A stretch of DNA of 64,000 bases from the human T2T-CHM13v2.0 reference genome, Homo sapiens. Below are positions 52,351 through 64,000 of this stretch, one piece after another. The notes beneath the pieces are model-generated. The model searched no databases. It was given only the letters and a program-made list of their open reading frames with translations, and was not told the origin of the DNA. The stretch lies in the NCBI RefSeq assembly GCF_009914755.1, contig NC_060937.1. One strand, written 5' to 3'. Within the stretch, counting starts at the first letter, position 1. Each line of letters starts with the position of its first letter. A program made the translations under genes and the position numbers.

Positions 52351-55300
52351 TGGATGTCTGTTGTTACAGATTTGGGGAACTCCAACTTTCTCCCACAAAG
52401 AGTCAGACTAGAAGGTTCCTCTGGGTTTAACTGGCTCTAAAGAGAGAAAGAAGTCTAGGGTAAAGGTTAGTTCCATCCCTGGGGGTAGATTTATTTATGC
52501 AACATATCTTTATAAGATGTTGACTGTATGTAGCACTGTGCTTGATACCAAGAACGTAATAGTGAACAAGACATAGACCCTGTCTTCAAAAAGTTTGCAA
52601 TAATACAGTCAGGTAACTAAACAAACTAAAAAGTACCAGCAGACATGAACTTGCTATAGCATGGCAAATTAGATATTCTTAGGAACATGCCTCTTATAAG
52701 AAAACAACAACTAGATTCTGGATAAGACCACTTATTTATGTATTACTAGGCTTTCTACTAGGCTTGGTAAAGGAAACCCTGCTAGACATCTGCTTCTAAA
52801 AAGAAAGAAAACAAAAAAAGTTGGCTGAAACCAGAAGGATGAGCCAGGAGTAGTAAGTTGCTTGGAGGGAAAGTGCCAACATCAGCAATGCACCAGGAGA
52901 TAGCCTGTCATGGCAAGGTCAAGCCCTGGTCTGAGGTTTCCATGGCAATCAGGACCTGAAGATTTGTTGCACCTTTACATGGCCCTTACCCCAGTCAGCC
53001 TTCTCAAACCCTCGACTTCAGTTTTAGAAGTAGGCAAGTGAAAGAATCTGGGCAAACCAGCAGAAATCACTGCTGAAAGACAACTCAAGACCCATGCTTT
53101 ATTGAGAGGCACATTTTTCTTAAATAAGTCAGAATAATAATTGTGTACTTAGAGAAAGAGAGAGAGAGAACAAACATATAAAGTTTCTACCTAGGGTTGA
53201 TCTGTAATCCAAATTGGGCTTAACTCAGTCCAAATATATATATTGAGGGCAAACTGATGGTTTAAGCTGAGAGCTTGGGATAAAGAAGGTATAAACATCA
53301 TCATTATCAAGGACTGTCCAGGTCCATTCTCCCCATGTCAACAGCTTCTATTTGCAATCTCTAAATCATCCACACCCTCACCACAACTGTACTGCCTGAT
53401 AGAATGCACTAGTGAGTGAGGCGGATGGCAAAGTAGAAAGGCTGGTCCCAGCTTTATATATAGAAAGGCTGGGAGGTGGAGTCAGGTTACTATTACTTTT
53501 TCTTACCTCATCCCCTTTCTGCCAGAACCTTTTTCTGTTCTACTTCTCTTACTTGTACCAAATACACTCTCTCTAACACGAGCTATCTCATCATGTTGGC
53601 AGCTAGCTACAAGGAAGAGGCCTGGAATGCAGTTCTCCTTTCTACCTGTCATTGGGAATAGGAGCTACAGAAACTAGGGTTGGTGAGGCGGGTGGGGGGT
53701 ACTGTGGAGGTGGGTAAAGCCACAAGCTGGATAAACCAGAAAACCCAACTTCTAACTCCTATTCCAAGGGATAGCTGACATTCTAGAGGTGCTGAAAGAG
53801 TGAGGATCTATGTCAGTTATCATGTGGGACACTGAAATCAAAGTCCCTCTGCATGCTGATTAGAATCATCACCCATTGTGGCGGCTATTTTTTCATTCTC
53901 AGTAGAGACAAACTGAAACCCTGAGAACTGATCTGGGCAAGTCGCTTTCTCTGACTCTCCTAAGAAACGTGCACAGCAGTTTGGCAGCACAATTTGCATA
54001 CCAGAGGAGAGCTCCTGTCACAAGTACCCTGTGGGCCAGTTTCCTGAGCTTTTCCACTTGATGCTTTCAAGCCTCATCTCACGAGTCATTGGAGAGGCTA
54101 ACGTATAATGCCTTTTGGAGGAGCTGAAAGGAATAAAACATTACTAGCAAAACGGTCATATATTTTGAGAGTTAAAATCTAGATCCCTTTAGATAGGCCC
54201 TCTGAAAGAAATGCTTTCGACTACGATGGCAGCAGCAAAAACTCTGTTAAGGACAGCTTCATGAGCACAACTTCCCAGCCACTATTCCCACCTGAAAAGT
54301 ACATATTCTGGTCTGCATTTTTTTTTCTACAAGTATTTTGCTTTGATTCATTGTTGATACACATGACAGCAGAATAATAAACTAGGTAGTTTGAGCCTGT
54401 GTGTGACTGGGATTAGGCATAAGCATCACAATTTTGGTTTGTAAATTCCTTTGGTTCAGTAGATCAAATGGGGAAAGACTTGTGTAATGTGAAATTCAAT
54501 GACCAGCAATGGCAGGGATCTTTTGGATATGTAATCTGCTGTTGGAGCCATGCTTGGGGACCAAATAGATGAGCAGGCCATGTTAGGAAGGGCAGCAAGG
54601 AAAAGAGAAAACATGAATTAATATTAAAAATGTGATGCAAAATAAAATGGAGGTTATAGTCATATCCTTCCAATTGTATTGAGCTGAAATTGTTTCTGGA
54701 TTTGGAAGCTCCTTGCTAAGCTAAATTGCAAAAATAAGATTATATGAGGAGAAAAGGTAATTTCCAAAATATAATAAACATAATACAATTACTGCACACT
54801 TATATATGAAATCCAGAAAGGTATATTTCTTTCACGCCATGTGATCACAGTTTTGTTACAGTTTTATGTTCTTATTTTATGCTTTCCACTAGTTTTCTTG
54901 ACTTTGCATATTCTTGATGCAAATCAGTGAATGCATATAAAGTGTAAACAATAGGCTCTCAACATGGAGCCTACCCAAATGATTTAACTGTGTAGCATTG
55001 ATTGTCTTGTCCACTGTGTGAGCAACGTGCACAAAATATGCATTTTGTATGTTACGGAGGTCTTGCTGATGTGGATGAAGAAGTGTGAGAACTAGGATGG
55101 AGAAGAAGCTAACTTCAACAGTCTACTCTTTAGTGTCCTCCCTTTACATAAAACAAAACAAACAACTGATCAGCTACTAGTAAACAACAAACTTAAATTT
55201 GCTGAGAGGAAGTAGTTAAATAGCAATACCAAGATGTAGAGGTTAGGGAAGGTTGTTTTGCCCCTGCCTATTGACCTACATATACTGAAGCAAAATTGGA

Positions 55301-56633
55301 AAACTGCAGCATATTTGGTCACAAGGTCTTTCTATTTCCATTCATAATTTCTTTTCTTTATTCCCTCTTTTTTTTTGTTCTTCAGAGAACACCTTTCTTG
55401 ATATGGGTGTTTTAAAATTCTGATCAGAACTGGCAGTGGGAAAAGAGCTGAGGAAATAACGGAGACTCATACTTATGTGACACATTCACAAACCCTATGA
55501 ATTTTTAATGAAGGCACAATGTCCACAATTAGATTTGAAATGAGGTTTTCTTTGTAGGCGCTCTTACAGTAAGTGGAGTGCAAGCGAATTTTACTTTATA
55601 TTCAGTAAATGATACCAAGTGCAAAAAACACTACAATTTAATAGAAAATAAAAACAAATTGTTGATTGTTCATAGCTCCTTTTTCATCTCTTAGATTTAC
55701 AAAAGTGTAGCAGTTAAAAAAATTGCATTTCGTTTTATTTAAATACCACATGGATGCCAAGGCAACTCAAAGGTATAGAAAGTCATTTTCAGTCATGACC
55801 TGAAGCTGTCCTTTTGCATTGTGTGGAGAAGTTTTTGTTTGTTTTAAACTGTAAAAATGACTTCTAAATGTAGATCTTTGGGGAGAAAGATATTAAGCTT
55901 CCCTATTTGCAAACTAAGCCATTTCAAATGAACATAAAAAAAAATCTAATAGTGTAGAAAATAAGGAAATAGAGTGGGCTGATGGCTACTTCGTTTGCAT
56001 TTTGATTTTAAAGCTTAACTCTTGTCTTCATAGGGCTTAGGTTTTCAGCTTCGCAGAAACAGACACAGTTTCCCATCCTTCTTAGGTGGTTTCCAAAGTC
56101 CTTCAGTTTCTGGCTCCTGGTCACCTTGGCAACATCATTTCCTAAAGCTGCTTCTTCTCTTGGAGCTCCCGCAACACAGATGCTTTTACTCTTCCTTGAG
56201 CCTAGCAAGTGTGATCTTCTCTTAGTGACTCTGCACTTGTGGTTCCTCCAGGTAACTGCGCAACCACCCTGCTCCCTCACCTGGGCCCTTCTCTGACGAA
56301 ATGTCATCCCTGACCTCTACCTAAAATAGCAACTGCGTCACCTTCTGTCCTTCTACTAGCCTTATTTTCTTTCTCTCTAGGATTTCTTGGCATCTGAGGT
56401 TATATTACATAGTTATTTCTTTGATAAATTAGTCATCCGTGAGGGCACACTTATTTTTAACCTTTTAAAAATGTTTTTCTTGGTAAATTGCCATCAGCCA
56501 AAACAGTGCCTAGTACTTAGTAGACACACACCCTTCCCTCCCACATACGCAAATTCATTGATTAAATATTATGAGTGGGTGTATATATACATACACACAT
56601 AAATATGTATAAACACACCGTATTAATCATTAC

Positions 56634-57125
56634 TGTTTGATTTTCTATATTCCTGATGCTTTGACATATGGGTCCTTGCTGACATTGGAGGGATCTCCCC
56701 TCCCAGGGCTAGCCAATCCAAGAGAGCAAACGCCTCACCTGGGAGCACACACGTCATAGGCAAACCAACCAATCCAGATCCCAGACCCTCGAACACCTCC
56801 TTTACTGGCTCTCAGATGCTGAACCACTATTCCTCTGGCCTAATCACCCCGGAGCCAAGTATAGGCCTTATACCCCAGAGCTTAAATTATTCAAACTAGC
56901 CCATCCTACGCCTGTTTATTCCACCTTGCCTTGCCTCCTGTTTTGCAGAAATCACAATAAAGGCGCTCTCACTTCCTCTCCCTTCTGACTGACCCTGGCG
57001 CCTCCCTGTGTGGCTCCTCGTTGTGTGGTGTGGCAAGCTTCCTTCTCTTTGGAACTGTGAATAACAAACTATCTTTTCTATGGCAGTCGTCTCCTGATCT
57101 GTTGGCCTTACCACACCCTATAATA
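56634..57125 (+). mobile_element. ERVL-class solo LTR (MER54-like)
   Basis: Two CCAAT boxes, an AATAAA near 56956, and a U5-like end AAACTATCTTTTCTATGGCAGTCGTCTCCTGATCTGTTGGCC. Subfamily call is from memory. Confidence 0.65.
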
Positions 57126-57220
57126 ATAAAAACTGCATTTTCAAATGCAAACAAATAAACACTCAAATAAAATTCACTGTATTTTCAAGGACAATGAAAT
57201 ATAGTAATCGCCAGAAGTTA

Positions 57221-57623
<403 letters not shown>

Positions 57624-57937
57624 TCAGCCCTGAGATTCATTTATGAATTGCTTTTGTGGTTATTATTGTTGCTTTCTACTTTCGCCCTTTAAGTTTTTTT
57701 GTTTATTTATTTCTTTTTTTTAAGGGGGATTCAGACACTATTACCTCAAAGGAGCAGCGCTGCCTTATTCTTTTTGCTAGATACAAATCGTTAACCCTAT
57801 TCACCAAACAGCAATTAATTGTCAATAAAACACATCCACACTGTGAACTCTGGTGTCAACGTAGGCTTATCAATTGTAACAACTCTGAGGGGGATGTTGA
57901 TATGGGGGAGACCATGCATGTCTGAGGTCTGGGGCTA

Positions 57938-58369
57938 TCTCTTAGTCTGTTTAGGGTTGCTATAACAGAATACCCGAGGCCAAGTACTTTATAAAGATTT
58001 AGCTCATGGTTCTGCAGGCTGTACAAAAGGCATGGTGCCAACATCTGCTTGGCTTCTGGTGAGGCCGTTTCATGCTGCATCATAGCATGGCAGAGAAAAT
58101 CAAGGGGGAAGTGAACATGTGTGAAGAGGCAAAACCTCAGGGGCATCCTTTTTATAATAACCCACTCTCATGAGAACATTCCTCAGTGAACTAATCCAGT
58201 CTTCCTTGAGCGAGAACTCACTCGCTACTTCAAGAACAACACCAAGCCATTCATGAGGGATCTAATCCCATGACCCAAACACCTCCTATTAGACCCACCT
58301 CCCAACACTGTCACACTGGGGATCAAGTTTCAACATGAGTGTTGGTGGGGACAAACTCAAACCATAGCA
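57938..58369 (-). mobile_element. MST-family MaLR LTR inserted in an L1M 3'-end fragment (about 57835-58450)
   Basis: CTTAGTCTGTTTAGGGTTGCTATAACAGAATACC...AAACCATAGCA. L1 3'UTR motif TATATGGGAAATTTCTGTACCTTCTGCTCAA resumes afterwards. Confidence 0.85.
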
Positions 58370-61300
58370 GATATATGGGAAATTTCTGTACCTTCTGCTC
58401 AAAATTGCTGTGAATCTAATAGTGCTCTAAAAGAATTGTCTTAAAAAAATACATACACATATATGTTTATTCTCTTTAAATATAAGAAAATAATAAATCC
58501 TATCCATAATTTCCTAAATTATAGTTAGCTCTAAATGTAATAAGAACACATTTCTATGACGTGATGCACTCTGAGTTTTTTCAACACATTTGTTCCTTTT
58601 TTATTCCAAAAACTATGGTTCATGTTGTTCCATGGCCAATTTGCCAGATGCTTCAACATTCCCTGCTGGAACGCACCTCAGACAGGGCTAAGTCAGGGCC
58701 TTCCAGGGGCATGGCAACCATGAAAACTGATCCTGGGAAACTGACCTTTAATATATTTTCATAGTAAGCTCAGAGGAATGTGCTGGGTGATTACCCATTA
58801 CTTGTACCTGGTAAGGACACAGGCCTGAAGCTAGAGTCTTTGCACAGTAGAGATGGGCCAGCAAGATATAAAGATGTCCACAGAAGTGGCCAAGGAAACC
58901 ACTAGAATGCACTGGAGGGAGCCTCAATCCAGTCAGTTGCTAACACTGGCAGTAGGGCCTTCCCTGGGATTTGATAGCCTATGCAGCTGTCTTCATGCAG
59001 TTCAGATTCATGCCTCCTTTACTTACCTTACAGAGCTCTTGCCAACATGGTCACCCTGGTGACAACCATGTGCTCTCTAACAGAAATACCTGACCCTGCT
59101 CAAGGTATTAGAAACAATAAGAGAATAATTTTTAGGAGACTTGAGAGAGGTCTTAAAACTGTGCTCATATGCTTTTTTTGAAAACATGGTTTTCAAATAA
59201 AAGCAAGGGTTGAGACATCCAAGGAGCTAGTCGCTCTCCCTCTAGTCCTTCGGCCTTCCTTTCTGCCTGGTGTTGCACATTGCCTCCCACACGCCAGTGC
59301 TCACAGCTGCTCCACTGTGGGTGTGGCTGTTCCTTCTCTTCTCTATGCTTCTCTCTTTTTAGGCTCATATAAAGGCCCACCTCCTCCAAGACACCATGTA
59401 AGATCAATTTTCTACAACCACTTGCTCCTCTGAACCCCAGAGTTCCCCAAGGGTGGTATGTCAGAGGATTTAATGTGGGACCCAACACCATTATTTTAAT
59501 TTTTAATAGCTATATTTGCTTTGAGTCATGTGAAATTGATGTTTCTGTGGATTTAAAAAATGGTCAAATATTGGCAGTTTCATGTAGTTCAACCTAATAT
59601 GTGTCAGGGAAAAAATATTAAAAGAAAACCAGACATCATTGTTTAGGATGAGGCTAAAATGAGTACTTTATTGAACTGTGTAAAAATGAATAAGTAAATA
59701 AACGTTTTGATGGTACAGATACAGCAAAAATTATTAAGCTTGTATCCACTACTGAACCACTGACCAAATGTATTTTGACAATCACTGTTCTACGTGTCCT
59801 TTTAACGTGTCTTATTATTGTGTGTGTGTGGTTTGTTTTTTTTTTTTTTTTTTTGTATATCTATGTATTTGTGTTTTCTCTTCCATTAGTTTCCTGGATA
59901 TTTGTACACAAGAGGCAAGGAGAGATTACAAACCTCTTAGCATAATACCCGGCACGCAGAAGACGGACTTGACATAGGGATTTGTCTGGTCACTTATGAT
60001 GAGATCTTACCAGGAAACACCATTTGTTTTCCTTATGGTCATTCTAAAACTGGAAACTGATGGGCCACGCAATGGAGTATGCCATTCCAGCCAGGAAACC
60101 TACAACCTGGAGCAAATGAAAACACAGGACTCCTATGGAGCACTCCACGCTGGGAGCTAACCTCACCACTGGGAAGCATTAAGGGGTAGTGTGGCCTGTT
60201 GGTCAGAACATGACCATCTGGACTCATTCTCAGCAGTGTGATTGTACATTACATCCTCCACTTCTCCATTCCAACTGACAATGCCACCAATAGCTGAGAA
60301 AGTGGAGGCCATGGGAAGCTGGTACCTACTAGGATATCCTATTGGCTCCTGTCCTCTCTGCCCAGTTACTGACCACGGCACCAAGCTTCAGATTCTGTTT
60401 AATACTGTCCTTTACACAATGGTGCCTGGGTCTTTTGAAATGGATAGGGATAATTATGATTCATATGCTTCAAGAAATAAACCACGGTACTCACACAACC
60501 TACATATTTCATTTCTATTTTAAAAACACAAAATACTTACATGCTGTTGGTGTTTTGAAAGCTTTTGCCACTTATGCTTTTTTAAATATAATGGTTCAGA
60601 AACAAAATTCTGCCTGCTAATCAGTCTTTATTTCCATTCATAAAAAATTATGTCTCCATAATACCTAAGAGGTCAATAACTAGATGTTGAAACAAATAAT
60701 ATTAAAGAAAAATATTTATTGTAGAAGTCTGTGGTTGAGGCAGAAGAAAGGTGTTATTTTCATCTGGGGTATCAAGAAAACACCATGAATGGAGAAGAAT
60801 ATGGTCTGAGTCTCAAAGGATTAAAAAAAAAAAAAAAACCAACCTATGTGGGAAGAGAGACAGAGAGAAAGTGCGCAGGCAGCTCAGGCAGGAAATGGTA
60901 AACTCAAATGTGTGAAATCAGGAGTGTTGGAGGCTGCTGAAAGGACATAGCTGCCTCTTTACTATTTTACATTTAAGTCAAGTTATTCAGATTATATTGG
61001 TCTCTGTATGTATATAATGACAATAGTAGCTTTATTCTCTAAAAAGTTGCTTTGAGAAAAATGTCAAGGGATTTAAATGCATGCTTCCAAAGTACAATGT
61101 TTTCCTACATAAAGATGCTGGTTTATCAACTAGAAAACTAAAGTGGGCTTCTTTATAAAAGATAGACTAAAAAGATTAGGAAAGTCTTGACAATATAAAC
61201 ATACATTTACTCACCAACTCATGAAATACTAAAACTAGGTTTTACTGCTCAAAGAAAGCATAAAATAGATCATTTCAGTAGAAAGAAAATAAAGCACATT

Positions 61301-62609
61301 TTTTACAACATAGAAAGTAATCTCAGAATTCATTAACCAAGAGACCAAAAACAATACCTAAAATATTATATATGTTAAGGGAGCTTTAAATAAAGTCATG
61401 GAGAGCAGATTTACAATGCTTTAATTGAACCAGGATAGGAATGGCAGGAGTCTGTTCACAACCTTTCATGGCAGAGAAGAGTTATATAACAGCCTTGATA
61501 TTGGCCAGCTGCAAAAAAAGTCAATAACAATATGAAGATGACAGGACTTTTGGAAGAAAGTTACTATACAGCTTGGAGTTCATAATATTATGTGAGGATA
61601 GAGAACATTAATTCTAATCAGATCCACATCATTATTTACAGAAAACTTTTTTTTTTAAGGTTCAGAGAAAATACAAGTGTGATATAAACACACAGGTATC
61701 AGGGCTAATAAGTGTAAGAGAGATTTAGAAAAATAAAATTTTGATTCTATAACTGGATAGTCATAATCCTAGTGAAACAAAAAGAGATGCCACTGTAGAA
61801 ATCACTATGGCTTACAATAATTTCTCTGATGAATTTTGATTCTAAAATGACAAGTAATAAATGGAACCAAGGACACGAGGGTAAAGACAAACACCAGTGT
61901 GTGGGAATAATTCCTAGAAGAATGCTGAAGAGGCCTAAATACAGGACTGGGATCGAACATTTTGAAAAAACATACCAAAGGGATGTTTATAGAACATATT
62001 TTTTAAAGTCTTCAAAAGAAGAACAAGGAAAAATAGCAATACTTTTGGGGAAGGCCATTAACAATAAATAGCAAAGATGACAGAACTGTTCAACTCCCAT
62101 TTTGTGAATCCACCCCTGCAAGCAAAATAATCCGCACATTGGGAAGGGTAGAATAAACAAAATACGCATGGAATTTCAGCCTGACGTGGTGATGGGGGGA
62201 TTTACTCACCAACCCAGAGCTAGCATCAGACATTCACAGAACAAGCCAGTAAGACCCAATCCTGCAACCAACATAATATGACACTAGGTTAAATGCTTCC
62301 ACTTTCCTTTCCCGAAAATCTGAGCTTGTGGCAACTTTATCGGGATTCAATCATTTGACCTTGAGAACTTAGTGCAACTATGGAAATGACCCATAATGAC
62401 TACCGGAATTCCAAAGAGTTGGTGCCAGTTTTAGAATGACAACTTACTAGGTTTGTGACCTGGGGCAAAAGATACAGGATGAGACTGATTTTCACATATT
62501 AGAAGTAAAGCGGATATAGAAGGTGAACTAGATTAGTTAAGCAATACGCCAAAGAATGGACTTAGTGCCAATGGTTAGGGTTTATGGCGGACCGATTTCA
62601 GGGTCATCC

Positions 62610-63400
62610 ATTCTTTTTCCCATTCATTCAGTGAATATTTAGTAACTTCCACTGTGTGCAGCACCATTTTAAATTCTAGGTGAACAAGAAACTCACTCCA
62701 AAGAAGGGAGACCTGGAAAAATAGGTCAGTATAAAGCAGATAAATGGGTAAATGCATTAAAACGCAGGTTAACAGAAACAACACAGAAGAAAAAACAATT
62801 AACTTTGAAGGTAATTTTAGATTTTCTCCAAGGTTAAATAGAGGAAAAAATTGGTGGGGAGGGATAATAAAACACCTTAAAATGTGTTTCAGGCATGACA
62901 ACACTATGATCAAAAATACTTCTGTGTGAAAAGTATGTGGCATGAAACAGAAAATGAGTATTTTTGTTTGGCTGTAGTTTAAAGGGAACATGGTGAAAAA
63001 GTGGAGAACGATGCTAACAATGTAGGCAGGGGTCATGCTAAGGAGTTTAATTCCTACAGGCAATGGAGACCAAATGGAATATTTTAAATGGGGAGTGACA
63101 GGGTCAAATTTGTAATTTAGAGCAATAATTCTTAGAGAAGTACAGAGTAAGCTCTACAGGAAGACAAGCCTGAGGAGGGTAAATCTATTTGGAGGTAATT
63201 ATGGGAGACCAGACAAGATGAGGCAGTGGCAGCGGAGATGAAGAGAGGGAACAGATTTAAGAGGTACTTCTGGAGACAGAAGAGATAGCAATTGGAATGT
63301 GGAAGTGAGAGGGAGTGAGTGACATGTGTGAGGGCCCAAGAAGGTAACATTCAAAAATGAATCCCAGGTTTCCACCTCAAAGGAATTGTTGGATAAAAAT
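62610..63400 (-). mobile_element. L2 fragment
   Basis: CATTCATTCAGTGAATATTTA tail plus internal L2 motifs. Confidence 0.7.
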
Positions 63401-63584
63401 AGGGATTTCCATGGCACAAGAACACTTAAAGGATTAGTTTAGTTCAGGAGGAAAATGTAAGTTTTCCACAGAGCAATCAAATGCTTCAATATTAAACTTA
63501 CAAACCATACAAAAATGTATCTGTCCCCTGGATGGCTATTTGCTTCCCTCAGTAGCCACAAAGCTATGTTGTATGCCTGGCACA

Positions 63585-63771
63585 CAGTGGCTCTCAACCT
63601 CTGATGGGCATTGGACTTGAATCAAATTGCCTGAGGAGACTTTTCCAAATGCATATGCTTGGTCTTCACCCCCAGGAGATTCTGATTTAGTGGATCTGAT
63701 GTGAGGTGCAGGCATTTTTTAAAACAGCTCCAAAGGAGATTCTGATATGCATCCAAATCTGACAGCCACTG
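63585..63771. mobile_element. MER5A-like hAT-Charlie MITE
   Basis: CAGTGGCTCTCAA...AGATTCTGATTTAGTGG...GATTCTGAT...AGCCACTG terminal inverted repeats. Confidence 0.8.
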
Positions 63772-63934
63772 TAGTATACAGTCGATCCATAGCTCTTTGA
63801 GTGATTAGTTAAAAGGAGGAAGGGAAGGAGAGGGCTTCTTGAAATTTTTGAAGAAGCAGCTGGTTGACTTTCTATGCTCAACAGTGTATTATTGTGTGAG
63901 AAATTTACTAAATGAACTTTCCTGTCTTTTAATC

Positions 63935-64000
63935 TTTTTTTTTTTTTTTTTTTGAGCGGAGTTTCATGCTTATTGCCCAAGCTGGAGTGCAGTGGTGCAA
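63935..64000 (-). mobile_element. Alu 3' end, cut by the window edge
   Basis: Poly(T) followed by GAGCGGAGTTTCATGCTTATTGCCCAAGCTGGAGTGCAGTGG. Confidence 0.9.

Noticed and set aside
62575-63063. 162-aa hydrophobic ORF
   Set aside because: T-rich strand of a decayed L2. Composition alone explains the hydrophobicity.

Overview
Primate (hominoid, most likely human) genomic DNA, not prokaryotic. The window lies entirely inside the minus-strand gene ENOX1. Only two exons can be recognised: 37416-37273 (74 nt 5'UTR plus the start codon, MVDAGGVENITQLPQELPQMMAA) and 36481-36344 (ADGLGSIAIDTTQLNMSVTDPTAWATAMNNLGMVPVGLPGQQLVS). The rest is intron: Alu, L1, L2, MIR, MaLR/ERVL LTR and DNA-transposon remnants, an antisense RPL36 processed pseudogene, and a full-length SVA_A-type element inserted in gene-sense orientation about 2.2 kb upstream of the start exon. 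I found no new multi-gene system. The best leads cluster at the start exons: a possible 282-nt stop-free circRNA, a candidate upstream exon giving a 36-aa N-terminal extension whose AUG sits in a 26-bp hairpin, an overlapping uORF, and a NAGNAG acceptor. Elsewhere there is a perfect 99-bp duplication with a fold-back junction and an ancient L2-clade ORF2 fossil. Repeat subfamilies are called by eye from remembered consensus sequences, and their boundaries are approximate.
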